From IMG/VR virus record IMGVR_UViG_3300025706_000025: a DNA stretch of 64,000 bases; one strand, 5' to 3'. Made by a program: the position numbers and the translations under genes. Positions 17,498 to 26,963 of this stretch are shown piece after piece (positions within the stretch are counted from its first letter, which is position 1; each line of letters begins with the position of its first letter). The notes under the pieces were generated by a model. The model ran no database searches and was not told the origin of the DNA. It worked only from the letters and a program-made list of their open reading frames with translations. This DNA is from an uncultured virus (IMG/VR IMGVR_UViG_3300025706_000025). Taxonomy: Duplodnaviria; Heunggongvirae; Uroviricota; Caudoviricetes.

Positions 17498-17902
17498 ATG
17501 AGCACTCGTTCTCTCACCTTCGTCAAAGACGAAAGTAATCAAGTCGTACTGAACATGTATCGTCAGTGCGACGGTTATCCATCTGGTATCGGCACGGAAC
17601 TCTATGAGTTCCTGAAGAACATCAAGATGGTCAACGGCCTCGGCCAAGAAACTCAGCCGGTTGCCAATGGCGCCGGTTGCCTCGCAGCGCAGATCGTAGC
17701 GCATTTCAAAGACGGTCCCGGCGGCGTGTATCTGCACAACCCGTCGTCGAAAGACTGTGGCCAAGAGTACGAGTACCACATCACTGCCGACCTTTCCGGT
17801 ATCACCGTCAAAGTTGTGGAGACAGGCGGAACCGGGCACCGGGCGAAGACCTTGTATCAAGGCGACTTGGAAGGCTTTGGCAAGTTCTGCAAGAAAGACT
17901 GA
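17498..17902 (+). CDS. hypothetical phage protein
   Basis: MSTRS...YRQCDGYP.G.G; TAAGGAG RBS. Confidence 0.7.
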   Translation: MSTRSLTFVKDESNQVVLNMYRQCDGYPSGIGTELYEFLKNIKMVNGLGQETQPVANGAGCLAAQIVAHFKDGPGGVYLHNPSSKDCGQEYEYHITADLSGITVKVVETGGTGHRAKTLYQGDLEGFGKFCKKD

Positions 17903-17973
17903 CATGCACCCCGACGAAGACTACGCATATGAAATGCGGCGCCAGCGTCACCTCGACGAGAAAGACGAAGCAA

Positions 17974-18855
17974 ATGTTCAGACCCATGCTAGCCTGCAGC
18001 GAGAGCTGCCACCACTTCTTCGACCAGTTGAAGTTTCCCTTGCTGGCCAGTGCCAAGATCGACGGCATTCGCGCGACGGTGCGTGACGGCGTCGTTTACG
18101 CCCGCAGCAACCAACCATTTCCTAACGCAAAGCTTCAAGCCAAATTCAAGCATCTTGAGCATGTTGATGGTGAATTTGTGCTTGGTGATCCGACGCGGCA
18201 TGATCTCTGCCGCGCCACCGGCGGCGTGACCAACAGCAAGGACAAAGACGTCGACGATCTGAAGCTGTACATGTTCGACCATATCCTGAACCTAAAGGAC
18301 GCATTCATCGACCGCCGCAATCGCTTGTTTTTCGATGCGCTACGCACGGCCGATGCAGTCATTCATGAGCAACGGACGGTGATGACGCTCGATGATCTGC
18401 TGACCTTTGAGCAGGAGTGTCTCGAAATCGGCTACGAGGGCGTGATTGTCCGCAGCCCGACAGCGTATTACAAGACCGGCCGTAGCACGGCGAAAGAGCA
18501 AGCCTTGCTCAAGCTCAAGCGATTTACCGACGCTGAGGCGACTATTGTAAACTACTTCGAAAGAGAACATAATGGAAACGAAGCGACGGTAAGTGCCCTT
18601 GGGCGTACGAAGCGCAGTTCTGCTAAGGCCGGTAAAACGGGCCGTGGTGACCTTGGCGGGTTTGTTCTATGTACTTCCGACGGTATCGAGTTCTCGTGCG
18701 GCACAGGGTTTTCCGACGGCGAGCGGCGCGAATACTGGGACAAACGTGACGAGTTGGTCGGGAAGATTGCCAAGTTTAAGTATTTTTCAATAGGTGTAAA
18801 AACCGCTCCGCGCCACCCTGTATGGCTCGGCTTTCGTGACCCGATAGATATGTAG
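17974..18855 (+). CDS. ATP-dependent DNA ligase
   Basis: PMLA, KIDGIR adenylation motif, DGE, YEGVIVR, LLKLK, GTGF, RHPVW.GFR. Confidence 0.92.
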   Translation: MFRPMLACSESCHHFFDQLKFPLLASAKIDGIRATVRDGVVYARSNQPFPNAKLQAKFKHLEHVDGEFVLGDPTRHDLCRATGGVTNSKDKDVDDLKLYMFDHILNLKDAFIDRRNRLFFDALRTADAVIHEQRTVMTLDDLLTFEQECLEIGYEGVIVRSPTAYYKTGRSTAKEQALLKLKRFTDAEATIVNYFEREHNGNEATVSALGRTKRSSAKAGKTGRGDLGGFVLCTSDGIEFSCGTGFSDGERREYWDKRDELVGKIAKFKYFSIGVKTAPRHPVWLGFRDPIDM

Positions 18856-18968
18856 GGGCTATATGCCCGCCCCAATTGCTTGAAGAGCTTCTGACCACCC
18901 TACCTCGTGGCGGGTGGCAACGAGTGGACGAGATCAAGAAAGAACTGAACAAGCTTGGTTGATGGGTT

Positions 18969-18998
18969 GAGCGCTAGAGGATCAGCGCTCCCCTTTTT
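18969..18998 (+). terminator. rho-independent terminator
   Basis: GAGCGCT/AGCGCTC stem followed by CCCTTTTT. Confidence 0.55.
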
Positions 18999-19154
18999 AC
19001 AAGGAGGTGAACCACTATCGGCACGATGTTATCGTCACCGACGCGAATAGCCCAGAAGTCCACTTATTATTTTTTTAAGGTAATGCGCTTGTAGTTATTT
19101 GGAATAGTAGCGAAAGCTAATTCTGTTCCATTTGTTCCATTTTGTGACCGGCTC

Positions 19155-19378
19155 GAAACCTTACACGAAGCTTACAACGGAAAACGCTTATATAGGTATG
19201 TCGCCCACGGCCGCGGGCACATGGAACAGGCGGAACGCTAAGTGCTTGTTTTATATACTATATATTATTTTATAGAAGAAGAAGAATATATTCATCTAAA
19301 AAATATAATAATAGAGGTAGAGATAATACAAATATTGCCGGCCAACTGAATTTTGAGAAACCTTACACGAAACTTACA
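19155..19378. repeat. AT-rich element flanked by 22-bp direct repeats
   Basis: GAAACCTTACACGAA(G/A)CTTACA at 19155-19176 and 19357-19378. Confidence 0.75.
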
Positions 19379-19379
19379 G

Positions 19380-19413
19380 CCATTTGGCATACGTTATTTT
19401 GTATGCCAAATGG
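19380..19413. terminator. 13-bp hairpin at convergence point
   Basis: CCATTTGGCATAC/GTATGCCAAATGG right after the giant gene stop. Confidence 0.6.
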
Positions 19414-19415
19414 TT

Positions 19416-22400
19416 TCACATAATTTCGTCGTAGGCCATGCGCTTCACCGCCTCGCCAACCGGCAAGGCGTCACGTAGCGTGCGCTTAGTGGCCACCGTT
19501 ACGCCGCTGAATGCCTCCGCCTTGGCAGCATCGGCAGCGCGTCCTGTGGCCGCTGCCTTGCGGTCTAGGGCATCGTCTCGTTTGATGTTCCGGTAGAAGT
19601 TCTTGGCGCCCTTCTCCACTTGCTGTGCGGCAGGGCCAAGAAGCTCTGACGGTCCCCATTGCGCTACATCAACACCAAGCTGCGGGATGCCGAGCAGGCC
19701 GGCCCGCTGCACGCCGTGGGATAGGTAGTCGCCCGGTCCCCAATTGCGCTTCCATGGCGGCTCTTCTCCACCGTTGGACAGGATGCCACGGAGGAAGTCA
19801 GCAGCGATCATCATCGGGACGTACGTCAGCACGAGGTTGAATGCCGGGTCGTAGTTGCCGTGTTTGCCTTCGAGGATCGCCCGGTCGATGATCGTCTTGT
19901 GGAAGGCATACGTGAATTGCTTCATGTGGAAGAACATCGCGTAGTGCGGGTCGGAAGACCACACCGGGCGCATCGCTGCGTTCGGGCGCAGCATGCAGCT
20001 GTCCACGTATTTCATCAGGGCTTCTTGAATGCGTCGATCGGTGAAGTCCAGCTTGCCGCCGGCGTTCAGTGCGATGTCGCCCTTCTTGTATCCTTCGCCG
20101 AAGAGTTCTTCCATGTACCGCTGGCTATGCTCGGTCGGATTGGTCAGGTGACGGGTAATGAATCCGATACCTGATGCCATCGCCCCGATGCGCGTACCTT
20201 GCGTGAAAGCTTCGACACCGTTGATGCGGAACAGACGGTCGTTCATCTTCTTGGCGAACTTGCCGAGGAAGATCGAGCTGTAGGCGTCGCCCATTTGTGA
20301 CAGGATGCCGTTCGCGTTCACGATACCAAGGTTGCGTGCCAGTTGCGACATCTCGTCTTGCGGGTATGTACCGCGCCAGCCATGCACCGCCCCGACCGCG
20401 CCGCGCTTGAAGGTGTCCCATGCGTCGTTGATCGTACCGCCGCGCACCAGCACGCCAAGCGGATCAGCGAACTGGCTGAAGAGGGACATCCACAACAGAC
20501 GCATGTTCTGATACACGATCATGTTCGACTGGAACGCGCGCCACTTGGCGTTGATGTCGTGCCCGAGGGTGCCCTCAAGCGCCATCACGGCCTTGTACGG
20601 GTCGTTCATTTCCGTGACCAGCGCGCTCGCCAGCTTCGGGTTCGTCTTGGCGATCTCCGCGATGAAGTTGTGCAGCGTCGGCTTGCGCGGGCGTTCGACG
20701 TCCTTGCCGTCCTTGACGTCTTGCAGGAACTTCTTCATGTTCGCTGCGTATTTGTCCATCACGGTCTTACGCGCGGCTTTGAACTCCTTACCGCCGTCCT
20801 TTCCGAATTTGTCTGCCTCGATCTCCGCCGCGCCGGCCAGCATGTTTTGCAGGACTTCGCCGTCGTTGCCGAAGCGGCGGGCGTACTCCGCGCGATGCAC
20901 GGCATGCCCGACGTAGGTCGTCAGGATGTGGATGGCGTCTTTGCTCTGGAAACCTTGGAAGCGTTCGTCCGAGAGGAACCCAAGCTTCCGCGCGTTGGCC
21001 GCTTGCATGTACGGAGTGAAGCCGATGCTGGCTTCGGACTCTGTCAGTGCTTCCGCGCCCTTGTTCAGCACTATGCTTTGCTGAATGGCCGCTGCTTCAA
21101 CCGCTGTCATGTCCTTGCCAGTCACTTTGTGATAGTCGTCTCGAACCATCTTCGTGAAGTTGTATGCGTCCTTCTGAACCGCCTCGACGTCCCATGTGCG
21201 CGGGAAATAGTTCTTGCGCTTCTGTACCGGTACGCCTGCCTCGTCGAGGTAGTCGTACATCTGCTTGAAGAAGCCGGTCTTGCCGTCACCGTCCTTGCCG
21301 ACCAGTCGTTCTTGGATCGCGCGAATCTTCGCGTCGTTCGACAACTTGAACCCCGGTGTTTGCAGTCCTTCCAGAACCAGCGCAACGTCTTCCTTGTCCG
21401 CGCCGGTGAAGATGCCCTTGATACGATTGAGCATCTGGTCTTCTTTCTGCTGCCGTGCCGACATGAAGCTGATGCCCTTCTTGTCGCCCGGAGCGCTGTA
21501 GAAGATTTCGGCAATCTCTTGCAGCAACTTGTTGTCGCGGCTTCGCAACACGCCGTCGGCAGAGTACCCCGCCCGTTTCATGGCGGCGAGTACCGGCACG
21601 CTTGCTTGCTTGATCGCTGCGTATAGCGCGTCGTTCTTGGCGACGTCCTTGGCCAATACCTCTGCCACGGCATTCGGTTCGCTCATCTTGCCGTCGTGAA
21701 AGGCCTGCATGATGGCTTCGGCCTTCTGGTCGTTACTCAACACGCCGAAGACCTTGCGGAAGGCGTTGGCTACCTTCTTGAACCACGACTCAGTCTGGTC
21801 GCCGACGCGCAGCTTGCCGGCCGCCCATATCTGGAACATGTAGGCCACGCGCTCGTGCTCGGAGCTGTCTAGTTGCTTCATAATCGCCGCGCGGTTCGGC
21901 TCGTTGTGGAAGAATTGTTCGAGCTGACGACGGATCGGCGCGCCGGCGGCGGCCCGCCCGAGAACCTTCGCAGCCTCCGGGTTGCTGTCCATGAGGCGCT
22001 GAAAGAACTCGTGCATGGCCTCGTGGTGCGCCTTGCTCATTGGGTTGATCGCATTGATCGCGATGCGGATAATCGCCTTGCCGTCCTTGCGGTTCCACGC
22101 CCCGCTGTTCCCGCCAAGCGCCTTGGCGAACTCTACGGCGACGTCCGGCCCGAGGGTCTTCTCGACGTATTCCTTCGCCGCCTCGATTTCGTCGGCCGTT
22201 ACTTCGCTGTCGGAAGGCTTGGAAGCTTCCTTGTTGGACTGAGCTACTCCGGCGCTTTCTGCCCGCTCTGCATTTTCTGATGCGGTACGCCCGGTGTCGG
22301 CGTGATCACCAGTCCGCTCTTCAGCGCCAGCTCCCACTGCTCTTTCAGTGTGTAGTGTTTTCGGGGCGTACGAGCTTCCTGTTTTTGCAGCTTCGTTAGA

Positions 22401-25400
22401 AAGTCTTTCATCGTACCCGACTCCGGAAGATTCCCCGGCGATTGCGGCGCGTCGTTCTTCGTCTGTTTTTGCATTGATTACTCCGTTTATGTAAGTCGAA
22501 ATTTCCGGCGAGTCCTTCGCCATTTGTGCAGGGAACATCTTCGTCAGCGCGTACAGCTGGGCGAATACTTCCATCTGAAACACTGGTTCGCCGAGCGTCG
22601 TGGCATTGGTTGAATACAACGGATAATCCAGAACATCCCATGCTCCGCCCTTGTTGTACAGCTCATACGCGGCGTTGACGAGGTTGTTCTTGTCTTTATT
22701 CGCTCGCAACACGACCTCAAAGCGGCCATTCATTGCGGCGAAGCTTATGATTCTTCCGTCCACTACCGCGGAAGCATCGAGCTTGTGAGCGCCCTCGTGC
22801 AGAAGCCCTAGCATCACGTCGGCGGCCTCCATTGAGTCGACTACCACTCCTTCGTGCGCAGCTGAAATAATGGTCAAGGCCTTAGTGCTTATCCCGATGA
22901 CGTCTTTGTCATGGGCATAGAACATGAAGGCCGCGTCGGAGTTGAAGGACACGAATGTCGTGTCTTTGACTGGCAGGCCGGCATCCACCAAGAACTTCCT
23001 CATGGCGGCAGATATCTTGCGCATCGCCGGGTGGTTCTGTATGCCCGCGCCATCGACCCTGTATTCGCTATCGATCGAGTTGCGTATCTCGTCGACCACT
23101 TCTTCTGCGATGTCTGCCTCTGGCGCAAGGTTTTTTATATCGGCTACGAACCCGTCAAACATTCGCCGCGCGATTTTTTCTTGGCCGGTAGTCAGCTTCG
23201 CAAATATTCCGGTGTTGTGCAGCACTTGCAGTTTGCCGTACGCTACGCGCATACGCTCCTTCTGCAGTCCGGTCTGCTCCGCCTTGCCCTTCTCGGCCAG
23301 AGTGTTCAGCGCGCTATTCAAGAAGTTCTGGAACTTTCCTTCGAGAGCCTCCATGGCTTCTGGGTCGAGGCGCTTGTTGAACTTGTTCTTCTGTGCCGCC
23401 TTGCCGATCGCGGTCGTAACCGGCTCGAAGTGGTTGGCCAGTCCGGGCGATACCTTGCTGGCCGCAGCAATCTTGTCCAGCAGCGCCAGCATCGGCTTCG
23501 TGAAGTCACGGCCGGTGACGCCGCTCGGTACCATCATCTTCAGTCCGCGCACCACGAGTTCAGACAATGTGCCCTCAGTGGCATCGACTTCTTTGCGTGG
23601 CTTCGTGCGTGGGTGAAGCACCTCGCCAGTGCTCTCGTCGTGGGTGCGCACCTTGCGCTCCGAGGCCAGTTGTGCACTATCGGCCATATCCGCGACTTCG
23701 CCGCCAGAGCTTCCGGCCATATCGACCTTGTCTACGCCCTCGATGGCCGCGGCAAATCCGGCCGCCGGCGAGTCGAGGTAGTCCTTCAGGTTGGCAGCCT
23801 CTTCTTCCAACTCCTCTGCTTGGTCGGACAGGGCGTCAGCTTCCTCTTGAAGCTCTTCGGCACGGGTCTCCAGCTTGTCCTTCCTTGCGCCCTTCGTCCC
23901 TTTGGCGCGCGCGGTCGCTTCGTCCGCCTGCTTCTGTTTCTCAGACGCAGCGGCTTCCAGCTCTTTGATCTCTAGTTCGAGAGCTTCGAGGTCTTCCACC
24001 GTCGATGCGCGCTCTCTTTGCGTGTCCTTTCCGCGATCGCCCTTGATCGTTGCGCGCTGTCCGTGGAGCATGTACTGCGCCTTGCCACCGAGCTGTCCGA
24101 GTTTGAAGAACTTACCGAAGGCGCCGAACACGTCGGCCTCGTGCGAAGCTTGCGCCTTGATGTTGGCGTACTGCTTGCGTAGGTCGGCGAGTTCTTCCGG
24201 CTTCGCTAACTTGGCGGCTTCTGCAAGCGTGACGAGCTGCTCCTTGAACTTCTCAGGGAAGCTGTTGCGGTGCTCAGCCGACTGCAATTGCTTCAGCTCG
24301 GCGTCCGTTACCTCGGTGGTCTGCGGCGTGTGGATGGTCTGCTTCTTCGTACCCTTGCCACCGTTGTAGACGTCGATCGCCTTGACGTCCGGGTTGCTCA
24401 AGATCGAGGACATGCCCATCGAGAAGTGACGTAGCATTTCAGCCGCGCCGCCCGAGCGATTTGCCTTGACGTCCACTTGCTCACGGCCGCGCATTTCCTT
24501 GATCAGCTCGTGTGCTGTCAGCGTGATCTCGCTGCCGTCTTTCATGTGCAGGGTAAAGCGGCCTTCACCCCGGTGGTTCAGGTTCTGCTTGGCGAAGAAG
24601 CCCTTGCCTTCCACACCCTCAACCGAGGTCAGGTTCTCGAACCCGAGTTCCTGTAGTGCCTTGCGCTTGGCCTTGAAGTCCTTTTCGCCGAGCGCGGCCC
24701 GCAGCTTCTGGGCTGTATCCAGATCGACCTTCGTCGACGTGTCCTTCACCGTCTTCTTGCCGAGGCGAAGGAGATCGCTCGTTTGGACGTCCGTCTTGTC
24801 AGCTGCCAGCCCGACCGCTCCCGCTGTAACGTGCAGCATGCGCGCCGGATGATCTTTCAGTCCTTCGACCGTAGTACCGAGTTGCTCTGCGATATCCGCC
24901 AACGGCGTACCAGACAGGGAGGCGTACTCTACGGGCGTCAAGCTCCGCACGTCTTCGCCTTGCGCTTTGTGTTTTGCCAACGCGTCGGTAAAACGCTTCG
25001 TGATTTCCTTCCGTGTCTGCGGAGTAGCATGCCCAAGGTTCCACATGCCGCCGTCGGCTCCGCTGCCGTGGAAGCTCTGGTTCGGTGCGTTGTCGAACAC
25101 CGTGCGGTCCTCCGGCGCGACACCTTCGTCGTTCTCGACCTTGCTCTCTTCTTGTAGGGCCGGCCGCTGGGCGCCGAGGGCTTCGAGCACCTTGTCTGTG
25201 TTCTTGCCGAATTGATCCTTCAATGCCGTGTCGAACTTCGCGCGCTTCTCGGCGCTCATTTCCGGGTACTTCGCCATGAGCGTCTTGATCTGCTGCGCAA
25301 TGGCGACGGCTTCGTGCGGGGTCGGCTGATCTACATCGAGCGCGGTGTGGTTCCGCACGAGGTTGGCCATGGCAAAGTCTGCGTTTTTGCCCGAAGACAG

Positions 25401-26951
25401 CGAGGCCTTGATTCGCGACATGAACCCGTCGTCAGCCTCGAGTTCGCCGCTTCGCACCAGCAGACCGTGCATGTTGCCCAGCGCTTCAGCCAGATTCTCG
25501 GGCGTACCGAAGTCGTCCTCAAGCGCGTGCAGCGGAAGCTCGCCCTTTGCGCCGTCGATCAAGTGCCGCTTCAGGTAGCCGTATAGCTCGGCGGCACGAT
25601 CGATATTCTCTGGCTGTGCCAGAGAGCTTGTCGGCGGCAGATACTTCTGCATCTCGTCGAAGATACGACGGTCAGCGCCGGTGAATTCCGCATTCTTGCC
25701 CTCGCCGTGCAGGCTCCCGTATGCGGCTTTGGCGGAGGATACGAAACGATCGACACCCGCCTTGGCACGCTGCGCCGTCTCGTGCTTGCCGAGGGCCTCG
25801 CTCATTCCGGTCCATGCGTCGGAGACACCGGCAGCGGCCTTGTTCTTGAAGTCGGTCGCAGCCTGCTTCAGGTCGTCCGCCGCCTCGCTGTTAAGGATAC
25901 GGTCGGCCAGCCCGTGGGCGGCTTCTGTGCGTCCTGCGTTGTCCTGTGCGTCCCAGTCCAGTACCGTGCGGTCGTCCGCCTGCGCCATACCGGGCGGCAG
26001 CGCCTTGGGCGCGAGCAAGCCCTTGATGGCCTCTGTCGCGCCGCGCCCTTGCGCCCACGCCACATCGGCGCCACGGCCCACCGTGGAGGTGCCGCCGCCG
26101 GCCGCCCAGCCACCGAAAAAGGCTTCCTTGAGGTCTTTTTCGTCCTTGGAAGCGTCGCGCTGGGGGTTGTAGTAGCTCTGCATGCCCTGCTGCATACCTT
26201 GCTGTAGGGCTTCTGGCACGCCCTCTGTGAGGGCCGCTTCCGGTACCGCCTTGGCCACGTGCCCGAAAGCATCCTTTGCCGTGGCCTTGAGGCCGTCCTT
26301 GAAGACGTTCTTCACCGCCGCACCCGCGCCGGCCGCCCGGTTCAGCAGTAGAGCGTCGCCGGCCGCTTCGAGCGGGGATGCCACTGCGGCGTACAGGCCA
26401 GAGGCAGCTAGGCGCTGCCCCGGCGTTGTATTGGCCATGATCGCCGGGTCTTCGCGTAGCGTCCCGGCCCCTTCGCCGAGCATGAGCGGCGCGGCCCCGG
26501 CGGAGCCACCGGCCCACGTTTTTGCGAGCGGCGACATCGCCGACCCACGTAGGCCGTACCGAGCCGCCGCACCGCCGATCACGGCCGGCACGACATTCAT
26601 GGCGTTCTCGCCGACCTTGCCGGCGACGTACGAACCGAGGGAGCCGAGGGAATTAACGTCTTCGTAACTCGCCACCGGCATCGGAATCGCGGCGGCTTGC
26701 GCACGGTTTGCAGCCGCCCAGTCGAACATCGGCTGTGCTGTCTCCGGCGCGAATGGCTCGAGTATCTGGCCGCCAGCGTCGGCAAGCAGCGCAGGCGCCG
26801 TCAGCATGGAGCGGCGTAGGCCGGCCCCAAACGCCGGCGTACCTTCGAGCATTGACTGCTGGCCGGCTGCCGCCAACTGCGCTTCTTCCTCCGGCGTCGC
26901 GAAAGAAGTTTGTGGCGCTACAGGAGAGAACGAGGTGCGGATAGACGGCAT
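19416..26951 (-). CDS. giant (2511 aa) internal virion/ejection protein, polyvalent-like
   Basis: last gene of virion operon; Ala/Gly-rich N-terminus; two HExxH motifs. Confidence 0.75.
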   Translation of the reverse strand: MPSIRTSFSPVAPQTSFATPEEEAQLAAAGQQSMLEGTPAFGAGLRRSMLTAPALLADAGGQILEPFAPETAQPMFDWAAANRAQAAAIPMPVASYEDVNSLGSLGSYVAGKVGENAMNVVPAVIGGAAARYGLRGSAMSPLAKTWAGGSAGAAPLMLGEGAGTLREDPAIMANTTPGQRLAASGLYAAVASPLEAAGDALLLNRAAGAGAAVKNVFKDGLKATAKDAFGHVAKAVPEAALTEGVPEALQQGMQQGMQSYYNPQRDASKDEKDLKEAFFGGWAAGGGTSTVGRGADVAWAQGRGATEAIKGLLAPKALPPGMAQADDRTVLDWDAQDNAGRTEAAHGLADRILNSEAADDLKQAATDFKNKAAAGVSDAWTGMSEALGKHETAQRAKAGVDRFVSSAKAAYGSLHGEGKNAEFTGADRRIFDEMQKYLPPTSSLAQPENIDRAAELYGYLKRHLIDGAKGELPLHALEDDFGTPENLAEALGNMHGLLVRSGELEADDGFMSRIKASLSSGKNADFAMANLVRNHTALDVDQPTPHEAVAIAQQIKTLMAKYPEMSAEKRAKFDTALKDQFGKNTDKVLEALGAQRPALQEESKVENDEGVAPEDRTVFDNAPNQSFHGSGADGGMWNLGHATPQTRKEITKRFTDALAKHKAQGEDVRSLTPVEYASLSGTPLADIAEQLGTTVEGLKDHPARMLHVTAGAVGLAADKTDVQTSDLLRLGKKTVKDTSTKVDLDTAQKLRAALGEKDFKAKRKALQELGFENLTSVEGVEGKGFFAKQNLNHRGEGRFTLHMKDGSEITLTAHELIKEMRGREQVDVKANRSGGAAEMLRHFSMGMSSILSNPDVKAIDVYNGGKGTKKQTIHTPQTTEVTDAELKQLQSAEHRNSFPEKFKEQLVTLAEAAKLAKPEELADLRKQYANIKAQASHEADVFGAFGKFFKLGQLGGKAQYMLHGQRATIKGDRGKDTQRERASTVEDLEALELEIKELEAAASEKQKQADEATARAKGTKGARKDKLETRAEELQEEADALSDQAEELEEEAANLKDYLDSPAAGFAAAIEGVDKVDMAGSSGGEVADMADSAQLASERKVRTHDESTGEVLHPRTKPRKEVDATEGTLSELVVRGLKMMVPSGVTGRDFTKPMLALLDKIAAASKVSPGLANHFEPVTTAIGKAAQKNKFNKRLDPEAMEALEGKFQNFLNSALNTLAEKGKAEQTGLQKERMRVAYGKLQVLHNTGIFAKLTTGQEKIARRMFDGFVADIKNLAPEADIAEEVVDEIRNSIDSEYRVDGAGIQNHPAMRKISAAMRKFLVDAGLPVKDTTFVSFNSDAAFMFYAHDKDVIGISTKALTIISAAHEGVVVDSMEAADVMLGLLHEGAHKLDASAVVDGRIISFAAMNGRFEVVLRANKDKNNLVNAAYELYNKGGAWDVLDYPLYSTNATTLGEPVFQMEVFAQLYALTKMFPAQMAKDSPEISTYINGVINAKTDEERRAAIAGESSGVGYDERLSNEAAKTGSSYAPKTLHTERAVGAGAEERTGDHADTGRTASENAERAESAGVAQSNKEASKPSDSEVTADEIEAAKEYVEKTLGPDVAVEFAKALGGNSGAWNRKDGKAIIRIAINAINPMSKAHHEAMHEFFQRLMDSNPEAAKVLGRAAAGAPIRRQLEQFFHNEPNRAAIMKQLDSSEHERVAYMFQIWAAGKLRVGDQTESWFKKVANAFRKVFGVLSNDQKAEAIMQAFHDGKMSEPNAVAEVLAKDVAKNDALYAAIKQASVPVLAAMKRAGYSADGVLRSRDNKLLQEIAEIFYSAPGDKKGISFMSARQQKEDQMLNRIKGIFTGADKEDVALVLEGLQTPGFKLSNDAKIRAIQERLVGKDGDGKTGFFKQMYDYLDEAGVPVQKRKNYFPRTWDVEAVQKDAYNFTKMVRDDYHKVTGKDMTAVEAAAIQQSIVLNKGAEALTESEASIGFTPYMQAANARKLGFLSDERFQGFQSKDAIHILTTYVGHAVHRAEYARRFGNDGEVLQNMLAGAAEIEADKFGKDGGKEFKAARKTVMDKYAANMKKFLQDVKDGKDVERPRKPTLHNFIAEIAKTNPKLASALVTEMNDPYKAVMALEGTLGHDINAKWRAFQSNMIVYQNMRLLWMSLFSQFADPLGVLVRGGTINDAWDTFKRGAVGAVHGWRGTYPQDEMSQLARNLGIVNANGILSQMGDAYSSIFLGKFAKKMNDRLFRINGVEAFTQGTRIGAMASGIGFITRHLTNPTEHSQRYMEELFGEGYKKGDIALNAGGKLDFTDRRIQEALMKYVDSCMLRPNAAMRPVWSSDPHYAMFFHMKQFTYAFHKTIIDRAILEGKHGNYDPAFNLVLTYVPMMIAADFLRGILSNGGEEPPWKRNWGPGDYLSHGVQRAGLLGIPQLGVDVAQWGPSELLGPAAQQVEKGAKNFYRNIKRDDALDRKAAATGRAADAAKAEAFSGVTVATKRTLRDALPVGEAVKRMAYDEIM

Positions 26952-26963
26952 ATTATTCCTTGG

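Noticed and set aside
19416..26951. N4-type virion RNA polymerase
   Set aside because: No recognisable T7-like polymerase motifs; smaller than N4 vRNAP
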